This document shows, piece after piece, positions 14,401 to 28,067 of a DNA stretch of 64,000 nucleotides (the stretch's first letter is position 1; every line of letters starts with the position of its first letter). The stretch spans positions 248,001-312,000 of the forward strand of contig JAPDFW010000088.1 of assembly GCA_028826165.1 (NCBI GenBank), written 5' to 3'. The stretch comes from Anaeramoeba ignava BMAN (Eukaryota > Protista > Anaeramoebae). The notes beneath the pieces are model-generated. The model saw only the letters and a list, made by a program, of their open reading frames with translations, was not told the DNA's origin and ran no database searches. A program made the position numbers and the translations under genes.

Positions 14401-15136
14401 AAATTTATTTTAATTTTAATTTTAATTTTAATTTTAATTTTAATTTTAATTTTAATTTTAAATTTAATTTAAATTTTAATTTAAATTTTATAAATGAATT
14501 TTAATTAAATTTTATAAATTAATTTTAATTTAAATTTTAATTTATCAACCTAGGAGAAACTGGCTTGAAAAAACCAAAAGCAAATTCCCTAATAAGAGTA
14601 ATTGTTCCTGCATCAAGACAATCAGGATCACTTTTACAAGAAGCCAAAAGAAATAAAACAGTTTCAGAAACAAAAATATTAGCAATAGATTCAATAATAT
14701 CCCAATCTCTAGAATCCTTATTAAAATTTGGCATATAACCAAGAAAAACATCAAAACTAACTGGAGATTGTTGATTAAATTCAGAAGATTCATTTTTTTG
14801 TTCTTTGCTAAACGAAAGATAAGTTTGTGACAATTGGGGAAGAAATTTCAAAACAAGTTGAATTGCTGACGTTAAATGTGACTTTCCAATAACACAATAA
14901 GTTTCAATAAAATCTGTATAAAATTGACAGCTATGTGGAAATCTTCTCCAATGACAGGCAATAACTTCATCAGTTTTTTCGCTTTTGTTTTTGAATTGCA
15001 TTGTTCGGATTTTATTGTTTGTTTTCTCAAAATTTAAACTGCATTCTTGTGCTAATGTTTTTTGAAAATTTGTTAATAAAGGCGTTAATGTTTCAACTGG
15101 CAAAATTACTTGAAAAGTTTCTAAATGTGTATTCAT
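5497..15136 (-). CDS. FRY: Furry/Tao3/Mor2 cell-morphogenesis scaffold (~3,100 aa) with C-terminal RGS domain (exons 15136-14550, 14367-14172, 14089-13615, ~13505-5497)
   Basis: Furry-like motifs: WSYVLGQLS..SVLKRF, LGKEALKWG...YAMCSLEIYNSVKEPV, FWTAVALLQ..FEKVYEKSTKIL, WDSPFSGLHPLLL. The C-terminus FEEFL..NAFAFFESVDSY..ADRILKKFIQ..SIRIS...LFSRAVDEI is RGS-like. In-frame GT-AG joins link the 199-, 202- and 2666-aa ORFs. Confidence 0.8.
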
Positions 15137-15382
15137 GCCAATTTAAAAAAGTTTGAGAAAAAGAAAAAATGAAAAATTTTAATAATAATTTTCAATAAAA
15201 AAAAAATATAAAAAGATAAAAAATGAAAAATAAAAAATTAAAAAAAAATAAAAATTTTTTTTTTCTTTTTTTTTTTATTTAAAAAAATTGGGAAAATTAA
15301 TTAGATTTCTTTCATTTGAATCCAAAAAAAAAAGCAAAAAAAAAATCGTTATTAATCTCTTTTTTTTTTTTTGTTATTAAAT

Positions 15383-18300
15383 TTAATTCTTTTCAACCAA
15401 TTTTAAAATTGTATCTAATTCAAGGAATTTATCTGAAATTAAATCCAAAATTTGATTATAAGATTCTAAAGATTTATCTAATTCAAGATCTAAATTATTT
15501 GATTGTTGAAATTGAGAAAGGAATTTAGAATCTAATTTTTGAAGTTCTGAAACATTTTGAGTTGTATCTAAATATACAATTTTATAATTAATTTTATAAA
15601 TAATTTTATAATTAATTTTATATTTAATTTAATAATTAATTTTATAATTTAATTTTATATTTAATTTTATAATTTAATTTTATATTTAATTTTATATTTA
15701 ATTTTATATTTAATTTTATAAATAATTTTATAAATAATTTTATATTTAATTTTATAAATAATTTTATAAATAATTTTATAAATAATTTTATAATTAATTT
15801 TATAAATAATTTTATATAATTTTTATATTTAATTTTATATTTAATTTTATATTTAATTTTTTATATTTTATATTTTATAAATAATTTTATAAATAATTTT
15901 ATAAAATAATTTTATATTTAATTTTATAAATAATTTTTATAAATAATTTTATAAATAATTTTTTATAAATAATTTTATATATAATTTTATAAATAATTTT
16001 TATAAAATAATTTTATATTTAATTTTATTATATTTTTTTATATTTTATTTAATTTTATATTTAATTTTATAAATAATTTTATAAATAATTTAATTTTATA
16101 AATAATTTTATAAATAATTTTTTATAATTTAATTTTATATTTAATTTTATAAATAATAATTTTATAAATAATTTTATATTTAATTTTATAAAATAATTTT
16201 ATAAATAATTTATAATTTTTATAATAATTTTTATAATTTTATTTTTTTTTAAATAATTTTATATAAATAATTTTATAAATAATTTTATATTTAAATTTTT
16301 TATATTTAATTTTTTATATTTAATTTTTATATAAATTTTATATTTAATTTTATAAAAATAAAATAAATAATTTTATAAATAATTTTATAAATAATTATAA
16401 ATAATTTTTATAATTTTTTATAAATTTTATATTTAATTTTATAAATATTTTTAATAATTTTATAAATAATTTTATAAATAATTTTTATAAATTTTAATTT
16501 TATATTTAATTTTATAAATAATTTTATATTTAATTTTATATTTAAATTTTTATAATAATTTTATAAAATAATTTTATAAATAATTTTTATAAAATAATTT
16601 TATTTTATAAATAATTTTTTTATAAATAAATTTTATAAATAATTTTATAAATAATTTTATAAAAATTTTATAAATAATTTTTATATTTAATTTTTATAAA
16701 ATAATTTTTTATATATTTTAATTTTATAAATAATTTTATAAATAATTTTATATAAATAAATAATTTTATAAATAATTTTATATTTAATTTTATATTTAAT
16801 TTTATATTTAAATTTTATAATTTTTATAATTTTATAATTTAATTTTATAATTAATTTTATATTTAATTTTTATAAATAATTTTATATTTAATTTTATAAT
16901 TATAATTTTTATATTTATAATTTTATTTTAATTAATTTTATATTTAATTTTATAATTTAATAAATTATATAATTAATAAATTTTATAAATTTTATAAATA
17001 ATTTTATAATTAATTTTATAAAATAATTTTATAAATAATTTTTATATTAAATAATTTTATAAATAATTTTATATTTAATTTTAATTTAATTTTATAAAAA
17101 TATTTTATAAATAATTTTTTAAATTTTATAAATAAAATAATTTTATAAATAATTTTATAAATAATTTTTTATAAATAATTTTTTATAAATAATTTTATAA
17201 ATAATTTTATAAATAATTTTATAAATAATTTTATAAAATAATTTTATAAATATTTTTATAAATAATTTTATAAATAATTTTATAAATAATTTTATAAATA
17301 ATAATTTTATAAATAATTTTTATAAATAATTTTATATATTAATTTTATATATAATTTTATAAATAATTTTATATATAGTTTTATAAATAATTTTATAAAA
17401 TAATTTTATAAATAATTTTTATAAATAATTTTATAAATAATTTTTAAATAAAATAATTTTATAAATAATTTTAATAAATAATTTTATATATTAATTTTAT
17501 AATTAATTTTATATAATTTTAATTTTATAAATAATTTTATAAATAATTTTATAAATAATTTTATAAATAATTTTTTATAATTTTATAAATAATTTTATAT
17601 TTAATTTTATATTTAATTTTATAAAAATTTTATATTTAATTTTTTTATATATAATTTTATAAATAATTTTATAAATAATTTTATAAATATTTAATTTTAT
17701 AAATAATTTTTATAAATAATTTTATAAATAATTTTATAAATAATTTTATAAATAATTTTTATAAATAATTTTTATATTTAATTTTTTATAAATAATTTTA
17801 TATTTAATTTTATAAATAATTTTAATAAATAATTTTATAAATAATTTTATAAATAAATTTTATAATTTTTATAAATAATTTTATATATAATTTTATTAAT
17901 AATTTATATATAAATATTTTATTTTATAAAATAATTTTTATAAATAAATTTTATAAATAATTTTTTATAAATAATTTTATATTTAATTTTATATTTTTAA
18001 TTTTATTTTATAAATAATTTTATAAATAAATTTTATAAATAATTTTATAAATAATTTTATAAATAATTTTATAAATAATTTTATAAATAATTTTATAAAT
18101 AAATAATTTTATAAATAATTTTATAAATAATTTTATAAATAATTTTATAAATAATTTTATAAATAATTTTATTAATTTTATATTTAATTTTATATTTAAT
18201 TTTATAAATAATTTTATAATTAATTTTTAATAAATAATAAATTTATAAATAATAAATAATTTTATAAATAATTTTAAATAAATAAATAATTTTATAATTA

Positions 18301-19255
18301 ATTTTTTATATAATTTTATAAATAATTTTATATTTAATTTTTATAAATAATTTTTATATTTAATTTTATATTTAATTTTATAAATAAATAATTTAATAAT
18401 TAATTTTATAATTAATTTTATATTTAATTTTATAAATAATTTTATAAATAATTTTATAAATAATTTTATAATTAATTTTATAAATAATTTTATAAATAAT
18501 TTTATAAATAAATTTTTTATATATAATTTTATTTTATAAATAATTTTATATTTAATTTTATAAATAATTTTATAAATAATTTTTATAAAATAATTTTTTA
18601 TATTTTTAATTTTATATTTAATTTTTATATTTAATTTTATATTTAATTTTATAAATAATTTTATAAATAATTTTATAAATAATTTTATAAATAATTTTAT
18701 AAATAATTTTATATTTAATTTTATATTTAATTTTATAATTAATTTTATAATTAATTTTATAAATAATTTTATAAATAATTTTATAAATAATTTTATAAAT
18801 AATTTTTGAAATAATTTTATAAATAATTTTATAATTAATTTTATAATTAATTTTATATTTAATTTTATAAATAATTTTATAAATAATTATTGAAATGGAT
18901 TCATTTCAAAATTACCTTCTTTAGCTGAAACATCAATAATATTTTCTAAATCATTTATTTGCTTTAATCCATTAATTGTTTCATTTATCATTTCTTCATA
19001 AGATTGAAGAAGTTGTAATCTTGTTTGTAAATTTAAATCAGATTTTGAAGTTTTTTCTTTTTTCAATAAATCTTTATATTGATTAAGTTTAAGAGCAAAT
19101 TCTGAAATAATTGGAAAATGTTCTTCTAATTCTTGTAATTCTTGAAGAAGAACTGCTAACCAATTAACAAGATTTTCATTTGAATCCATTTCTTTGGGAA
19201 TTACCCCAATAAATTCTTTTAAAGCATTTAATCTTTCTTGTAAATTATTTGACAT
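15383..19255 (-). CDS. DCTN3: Dynactin subunit 3 (p22/p24); exons 19255-18916 and 15567-15383
   Basis: The spliced protein (~174 aa) starts LQERLNAL and ends LDKSLESYNQILDLISDKFLELDTILKLVEKN*, matching the DCTN3 C-terminal LxxYNxxxxLLSxxFxxWD pattern. GAAG|GT...TTTAG|AT join is in frame. Confidence 0.8.
15568..18915 (-). repeat. 3.3-kb almost pure A/T intronic satellite (TTTTATAAATAA-type) in the DCTN3 intron
   Basis: Degenerate attttataaata units. I saw only about two non-A/T bases between ~15580 and ~18890. Confidence 0.9.
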
Positions 19256-19437
19256 AAAAATAATAAAAAGAAAAAAAATGAAAAAAATAAAAATGAAAAA
19301 ATAATTAATAATTTTGATGAAGAAAAAAATAATTTTTAGTAATTTTAATTTTTTTTTTAATTTTTTTAATTTTTTTAATTTTCATTTTTTTCATTTTTTT
19401 CATTTTTTTGTTATTTAGAAAATAAATAAAAAATTAA

Positions 19438-20730
19438 ATGTCAGGAAGAACAGTTCATGTTTCAAATGTTCCTTCACAATTTGATGAAAGGAGTATTGGA
19501 AATTATTTTGAAAATTATTGTGGACCAATTTCTCAAATTAGAATCGCAGGAAATCCAACCCTTCCTTATCGTTTTTGTTTTATTGAGTTTAGAGATCATT
19601 CTTCTATTCCTCGTGCTCTTCAACTTTCTGGTTCAATTCTTGGTGACCGTTCAATTAAAGTTAGTGAATCTACTTCAGAAATTAAAGGTCCTCCTCCAGA
19701 TCCTACAAAAGTAATTTCAAATTTATTATTTAAAATTAAAATCAAAATTAAAATCAAAATTAAAATTCATTTATAAAATTAAAATTAAAATTAAAATTAA
19801 AATTCATTTATAAAATTAAAATTAAAATTAAAATTAAAATTAAAATTAAAATTTAAATCAAAATTAAAATTAAAATTAAAATTAAAATTAAAATTAAAAT
19901 TAAAATTAAAATTAAAATTAAAAATAATATTAAAATTAAAATTAAAATTCAAATTAAAATTAAAATTAAAATTAAAATAAAAATTAAAATCAAAATTAAA
20001 ATTCATTTATAAAATTAAAATTAAAATAAAAATTAAAATCAAAATTAAAATTCATTTATAAAATTAAAATTAAAATAAAAATTAAAATCAAAATTAAAAT
20101 TCATTTATAAAATTAAAATTAAAATTCATTTATAAAATTAAAATTAAAATTAAAATTAAAATCAAAATTAAAATTAAAATTAAAATTAAAATTAAAATTA
20201 AAATTAAAAATTAAAATCAAAATTCATTTATAAAATTAAAATTAAAATTAAAATTAAAATTCATTTATTAAATCAAAATTAAAATTAAAAATTAGCAACG
20301 AAGAATTGCAGTTAGATCTCAAGAGAAAATTCATAAAACTATTTTCGTTTCAGGTGTTGACATTTCTGTAAATAAATAATTTTTTTTTTCATTTTAAAAA
20401 ATTAAAAAATTAAAAATTAAAAATTAAAAATTTAAAAAGATCACAGAAGAGCAATTAGCTCAATTCTTTTCATCCTGTGGAACAGTTAGTGCTGCAAAAC
20501 TTTGTGGAGATGTTCAACATTCAAAAAGATTTGGATTTGTTGAATTTACAAATCCAAATTCAGTTCAAAAATCATTATTATTAACAGGAATGTATCTTGG
20601 TTATCATAAAATAAAGTAAACAATGTTTTGGAGATCAAACTCTCCAATAAAATGAAAACAAAAACACAAAGCAAAAGCAATCTGAAAATAAATGGAGAAT
20701 TCTCTTTTTAATAATAATAATAATAATATT

Positions 20731-20763
<33 letters not shown>

Positions 20764-22076
20764 TTTTAATAATAATAATAATAATAAAAAATAATTTAAT
20801 AAAATAATAATAATTTCCAAAAAAAATTTAAACAATTTCCAAAATCAATTCAAAATCAATTTCAAAAATCAATTCAAAAATCAATTCAAAAATCAATTCA
20901 AAAATCAATTCAAAAATATATTCCCAAAAAATATAACAAAAAAATACAATACAACAAAAAAATACAAAAAATACAAAAAATACAAAAAATACAAAAATAC
21001 AATTACAATACAATTACAATACAAAATAAATCTCAACAAAATAAAGAGTTTATCCATCAAAATCCACAATTCAGAAAGCAAATTATGTTTCAAAATTTAT
21101 TAACGAAAGTCTTTTCCGAACAATTTATATTGGAGGGGTTGATGTTTCAGTAACAGAACAAAAACTAAAGGACTTTCTTACAGAAAATGAAGTTCGAGTC
21201 AAAAAAATTGTTCTTGCAGGAGATAGCACTCATCCAACAAGATTTGCTTTTGTTGAACTCGAAGATCAACAAGATGCGAATAGAGCACTAAGTTTATCTG
21301 GTACAAATCTTGCAGGAAAAGTTTTAAGGATTAATCACAGCAAAAATCCTATTCATTATGCTCCTGTTGTTACAAATCCTAGAAATAATTCTTCTAATCC
21401 TTATCAAAACCAAGATCCAAATTTCAATCAAGATCAAAATCAAAATCAAAATTTTAATCAAAATCAAAACCAATTTTATTCAGAGCATCATATGCAACAT
21501 CCACAACATCATTCGCAACAAATTTATAGATATCCAAATCAAAACCAAAACCAAAATCAAAACCAAAACCAAAACCAAAATTTAAATCAAAATCAAAATC
21601 AAAACCAAAATTTAAATCAAAATCAAAATCAAAATCAAAATCAAAATCAAAATCAAAATCAAAATCAAAATCAAAATCAAAATCAAAATCAAAATCAAAA
21701 TCAAAATCAAAATCAAAATCAAAATCAAAATCAAAATCAAAATCAAAATCAAAACCAAAATTTAAATCAAAATCAAAATTTAAATCAAAATCAAAATTTA
21801 AATCAAAACCAAAATCAAAATCAAAACCAAAATCAAAATCAAAATCTTAATGATGATGATCTTCAAACAGAAAGAAAACGTAAATGGCAACTTAATGATA
21901 CAAATCAAAATATAGATAAACAAGAAGAAAGTGAAAATGATTCTGAAAATGATGTCGAAGAAACTCAAAATTATTTCCATGATACAAAATACAATGAGAA
22001 TTATTCTTCCATTTCAAATCAAGATTCAAATCAAGATTCAAATATTAAACAACCAAGAACTCAATCAAAGAATTGA
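19438..22076 (+). CDS. Triple-RRM RNA-binding protein (plant CID8-13 / SRSF11-like RRMs) with poly-NQ tail; exons 19438-19710, 20296-20367, 20440-20615, 21047-22076
   Basis: Three RRMs: RTVHVSNV...RFCFIEF; [25 protein letters not shown]...RFGFVEF; [17 protein letters not shown]...RFAFVEL. Junctions are in frame. Confidence 0.8.
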
Positions 22077-22212
22077 ATTTTTTTGATTCTTTCTTTTCCT
22101 TTTTTTCCTTTTCAATTCAAAATCCTCTTTTTTTTTTTAATAATAAAAGAATTTAAAAAGAATTTAATTTTGTTTTTAATTTTGAATAAAGAAAGAAATT
22201 GAAAATTAAAAA

Positions 22213-23482
22213 TTAAAAGTTAAAAAAATTTGATTTTTTTTCAAATCTTTCTAAAATTAATTTTCCATTTTCTTGAATATATTGATTATTTGGGAAATTA
22301 TTCATTGCTTTTGGATAAGTTCAATTCCTTTTAAATTTCTAATTTCAATTTGATTTTCTATTTATTTATTTTTTGAAGAAATAAATTGAAATTGGAATTA
22401 ATTTTTTTGGATTTTTGATTTGGAAATAAATTGATTAAATATTTTTGATTAATAATTAATAATAAATAATTGATTAAATTAATTTTATTCATTTTATATT
22501 TTATATTTACCATTATTATTATAAGCAATATTCCATAAAGCCCAACACCCATATTCTTGAATATTTTGATTATTTGGGAAATTATTCATTGATTTAATAA
22601 TAAGTTCAATTCCTTTTAAATTTCTAATTTCAATTTGATTTTCTATTTTGATATTTTTGAAGAAATAAATTTGGAATTGAAATTAATTTTTTGGATTTTT
22701 TGGAAATAAATTGATTAAATATTTTTGATTAATAATTAATAATTAATAATTAATAATTAATAATAAATAATTAATTAAATTAATTTTATTTAATATTTTA
22801 TATTTTATATTTACCATCATTAATAGCAATATTCAATAAAGCTCTACATCCTTCTTCTTGAATATCTTGATTATTTGGGAAATTATTCATTGCTTTAATA
22901 ATATATTCAATTCCTTTTAAATTTCTAATTTCAATTTGATTTTCTATTTTGTTATTTTTGATATTTTTGAAGAAATAAATTGATTAAATATTTTTAATTA
23001 ATTAATGATTGATAATAAATAATTGATTGAATTAAATTGAATTAAATTAATTTTATTTATTTGATTTTATATTTTATATTTTTATTTACCATTATTATTA
23101 ACAGCAATATTCAATAAAGCTCCACATCCATTTCTTTGAATATTTTGATTATTTGGGAAATTATTCATTGATTTAATAATAGATTCAATTCTTTTTAAAT
23201 TTCTAATTTCAATTTGGTTTTCTATTTTATTATTTTTGATTTTTTGGAAATAAATTGATTAAATATTTTTAATTAATTAATGATTGATAATAAATAAATA
23301 AATAAATAAATGATTAAATTAATTTTATTTAATTAATTTTATATTTTATATTTACCTTCATTAACAGAAATATTAGTTAAAGCTCTACATCCATTAAATT
23401 GAATAACTTGATTATTTGGAAATTCTTTCATAGTTCTTATTGTTTCTTCAACAGATTCTTTTTGATTTTGATTTGAATTCAT
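22213..23482 (-). CDS. Small armadillo-repeat protein, one repeat per exon (exons 23482-23356, 23221-23090, 22943-22815, 22642-22511, 22357-22213)
   Basis: Each phase-1 exon encodes ENQIEIRNLKGIExIIK(S/A)MNNFPNNQxIQxxGCxALxNIA (ARM, aardvark/LRRK2-type). As written, the last exon lacks one A in a homopolymer and stops at 22302; with that A restored it ends at 22213. The ORF track misses this gene. Confidence 0.8.
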
Positions 23483-23959
23483 TAACTTGTCTTTTTTTTC
23501 TTAATTTTTAAAAAAGGAAAAAATAATTAATTTATAATTAATTCGATTATTTAAATGTTTTTAATAAATAATTTATGTTTAATTTAATATTTTTATATTT
23601 AATTTTTTTTAAAAAATATTTACTTAATTAAAATTGTTTTTTATTTTTATTTTTTATTAAATAAATTTAATTTTAATTATTAATTTATAATTAATTTGAT
23701 TACTGAAATGTTTTTAATAAATAATTTATGCTTAATTTAATATTTTTATATTTAATTTTTTTTAAAAAATATTTACTTAATTAAAATTGTTTTTATTTTT
23801 ATTTTGAAAAAAATGAAAAAATGTAAATAATTAAAAAGGAAATTAAATTTAATTTTTTGAATTTTTAAAATTATTTAAATTAAAAACAAATTTCCAAATT
23901 AATATTAATTCAATTTAATTCAAAAAGATAAAATTTTAATTTCAAAAATCAATTTTCAA

Positions 23960-24845
23960 AATATTTAAATAATAAAATATTTAAATCTAAAACAATAAAT
24001 TATTATTTTTAATAATAAAATTAAATATTAAATTATATTTTTAAATTAATTTATAAATTAAATATTAAATTATATTTTTAAATTAATTTATAAATTAAAT
24101 ATTAAATTAAATCTATTCTCATTTTCTATATTTATATGTTAAATATTTAAATAATAAAATATTTAAATCTAAAAACAATAAATTATTATTTTAAACATAA
24201 AATTAAATATTAATTTATATTTTTAAATTAATTTATAAATTAAATATTAAATTAAATCTATTCTCATTTTTATATTTATATGTTAAATATTTAAATAATA
24301 GAATATTTAAATCTAAAACAATAAATTATTATTTTAATAATAGAATTAAATATTAAATTATATTTTTAAATTAATTTATAAATTAAATATTAAATTAAAT
24401 CTACTCTTATTTTTTATATTTATATGTTAAATATTTAAATAATAAAATATTTAAATCTAAAACAATAAATTATTATTTTTAAACATAAAATTAAATATTA
24501 AATTATATTTTTAAATTAATTTATAAATTAAATATTAAATTAAATCTATTTTTATTTTTATATTTTTATGTTAAATATTTAAATAATAAAATATTTAAAT
24601 CTAAAACATTAAATTATTATTTTAAACATAAAATTAAATATTAAATTATATTTTTAAATTAATTTATAAATTAAATATTAAATTAAATCTATTCTTTTTT
24701 TTTATATTTATATGTTAAATATTTAAATAATAAAATATTTAAATCTAAAACAATAAATTATTATTTTAAACATAAAATTAAATATTAAATTATATTTTTA
24801 AATTAATTTATAAATTAAATATTAAATTAAATCTATTCTCATTTT
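23960..24845. repeat. Intergenic tandem repeat, ~144-bp unit x ~6
   Basis: The marker ttaaatctaaaac recurs at ~23981, 24162, 24307, 24451, 24595 and 24739. Confidence 0.85.
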
Positions 24846-25160
24846 TTAAAAAATTTTTTTGGATAATTTTGTTTTATTGATTTTTTGTTTTCAAAAAAGA
24901 AAAAAGAAAAGAAAAAGATTGAATTTAAAATTGAATTTAAAATTTGATTTAAGATTGAATTTAAAATTGAATTTAAAATTTGAATTTAAAATTTGATTTA
25001 AAAATTTGGATTTAAAATTGAATTTAAAAATTGAATTTAAAATTGAATTTAAAATTTGATTTAAAATTGAATTTAAAATTGAATTTAAAATTTGATTTAA
25101 AATTTGATTTAAAAATTGAATTTAAAAATTGAATTTAAAAATTGGATTTAAAAATTGAAT

Positions 25161-25730
25161 TTAATTAAAAAATCCCAATTTTTTTTCCATTGTTTGATGT
25201 AAATCTAAAGATTCTTCTGGTGATTCAAATCCAGCTATTTTTATTTATAATTAAAAATTTAAAAATTAAAAATTAAAATTGTTTTTGGTTCTCAATTTAA
25301 AAATTTAAAAATTAAAAATTAAAAAAATAGAAATAAAATACAATTCAAATAATCATTAAGAGAAATAGAATCATCTTTTCCAAGTATTGTTTCTAATCCA
25401 ATAAATGAAGAAGAAAGACCTGGAAGTCTCATTGGTTCTGAAAAAAATTGTTCTTCAATCATAAATCTCATTATCATATGTTCTCCAAATGTATTTTTAG
25501 CAATTTGATAATTAGCTCTTTTTTCAAAAATTTCATTCTTTTTTATTATTAAAATTTAAATAAAATTAAAATTAAAATTAAAATTAAAAAATAAAATTAA
25601 AAAATACATTTTTTTCAATAATTTGAACTGGATGAACAATTATATTATTTTTTGGTTTATTTTGTATTGAATTTTCTTTAAAATATCTTTCTCCATTATT
25701 TAATGGTAAATTTTCTTGTTTTATTTCCAT
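25161..25730 (-). CDS. POMP: Proteasome maturation factor UMP1/POMP (exons 25730-25608, 25537-25342, 25234-25161)
   Basis: HPVQ...TFGEHMIMRFMIEEQFFSEPMRLPGLSSSFIGLETILGKDDSISLNDYLN...DLHQTMEKKLGF matches the UMP1 family pattern. Confidence 0.85.
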
Positions 25731-25828
25731 TATTATAAATTTTTGTCTTTTAAATAAAAATGAAAAAAAAAAATGAAAAAAATTTTTTATCATTTTTTTA
25801 TTTTTTTTTTTTAATAATTTAATAAGAA

Positions 25829-28067
25829 ATGATAAATAAAAAAATACTTATTTCAGGAGATATTAATGGAGAATTTGAAAAATTTAATAAATTAATTAAT
25901 AATTTAAATAAAAATAAAGGTCAATTTGATTTACTTTTAATTGTTGGAAATTTATTTAATAATAATAAATCAAAAAATAATTATCAATCTCAATTCCAAT
26001 CTTTTATTTCTTTTCAAAATGAATTATCAATTAAAACTTATTCAATTATTTCAAATGAATATGATTTAAAAGCAATAAATGATTATCAAAATCAAAATCA
26101 AAATCAAAATCAAAATCAAAATCAAAATCAAAATCAAAATCAAAATCAAAATCAAAATCAAAATCAAAATCAAAATCAAAATCAAAATCAAAATCAAAAT
26201 CAAAATCAAAATCAAAATCAAAATCAAAATCAAAATCAAAATCAAAATCAAAATCAAAATGAAAATCAAAATGAAAAAATAATACATTTTTTGAAAGAAA
26301 CAGGAATAATTATTGATAAAGATATTTCAATCGGATTCATTTCATTTTCAAATTATTTTGATGAAGAAAAAATCAAAAAGAAATTTGAAACATTTATTAA
26401 ATCATGGGGAATGATAGATATTCTTTTAAGTTATAAATGGCCAATGAATATTATTGAATTTGATGATGAAAATCCAATGATAACAACAAAAGTTCATGAA
26501 TTTAGTGAAAATGGATCTTTATTAATTCAAAATATTTCAATTAAATCAAAACCAAGATATCATTTTACTTCATCAAAAGATTTCTATTTTGAAAGGTTTT
26601 TTTAATTTTTTATTTTTAATTTTTTTAATTTTTAAATTTTAAGTTTTTAATTTTTTTATAAAAAAAAATATAAATAGAAATCCATATTTTTATTCAAGCA
26701 AATCACATATTTCAAGATTCATTTCATTAGCTGAATTTCAAAATACAAAAAAACAAAAATATTTATATGCTCTTAATTTATTACCATTAAATCAAATTGA
26801 AAAAGAAAAACTTTATCAACATCCTCAAAATTCAACAATTTCTCCTTTTAAAAAAATTGAAAATGAAATGAATCAAAATCAAAATCAAAATCAAAATCAA
26901 AACCAAAATCAAAATCAAAATCAAGATCAAAATCAAAATCAAAATCAAAATAAAAATCAAAATCAAAATCAAAATCAAAATAAAAATCAAAATCAAAATC
27001 AAAATCAAAATCAAAATCAAAATCAAAATCAAAATCAAAATCAAAATCAAAATCAAAATCAAAATCAAAATCAAAATCAAAATCAAAATCAAAATCAAAA
27101 TCAAAATAAAAATCAAAATCAAAATCAAGAAAAAATTGGAATTGAAGAACAAATTTATCGAGAAAATTTTCCATTTCTTTTTAATAATTCAAATAATCCA
27201 AATTGGAAATTTCAACAAACAAATTCAATTTCCAAATTAAAAAAAGGAAATCAAAATTCAAATCAATTAAGAAATCCAAATCAATTAAGAAATCCAAATC
27301 AATTAAGAAATCAAAGAAATGAAAATAAAAAAAGAAACAAATATCCAAAACAAACAAATGAAAACAAAAAAACAAAAGAAGATACAAATCAAGAATGTTG
27401 GTTTTGTTTATCATCATCTTCTTGTGAAACACATTTAATTGTAAATATTGGAGAAGATATTTATCTTGCATTACCAAAAGGAGGAATTATCAAAGAAGAT
27501 TGTTTAATTCTTCCAATTAATCATATTCCAAATTTTGTTTCATTCAATGAAAAAGCACAAAAAGAAACATTAAAATTAATTGAATCACTTCGTTCTTTTT
27601 TTCAAAATCAAAATCAAAACCAAAATATTTTAATTTTCGAAAGATCAATTCAATTTAAAACCAAAAAATTTCAACATGGATTAATTCAAATATTTCCAAT
27701 TCCAAAAAATAAAGAAACAGAAACAAATATTATTGAAACTAAAATTCAAGAATTCATAAACAGAAAAAAATATCCAATTCAATTTGAAGAAATAAAAATG
27801 AAAGATTTTTTAATAAAATTTAAAAGTGAAGATGAATATTTGTGGATTCAATTACCAAATCAAAAGAATTTAATTACAAAAATTCAAAATCAAGAACAAA
27901 AAAAAATTATTATGAATTTTTCAAGAGAATTTGTTTGCGATTTAATTAATAAACCAGAAAGATTAAATTGGAAAGAATGTGAAGAATCAAAAAAAGAACA
28001 AGAAGATAATACAAATCAATTTAGAGAAAAATTTCAAAAATTTATTCAAAAACAAAAACAAAATTAA
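25829..28067 (+). CDS. CWF19L1: CWF19-like protein 1 (Drn1; metallophosphoesterase-like plus CwfJ domains); exons 25829-26595, 26678-28067
   Basis: [10 protein letters not shown]...[26 protein letters not shown]...FERNPY, CWFCLSS...[17 protein letters not shown]. Confidence 0.9.

Noticed and set aside
22213-24845. Repeat-spacer-like periodicity suggesting a CRISPR array
   Set aside because: The context is eukaryotic, the units are duplicated exon/intron blocks or plain tandem repeats, and there are no unique spacers or cas genes.
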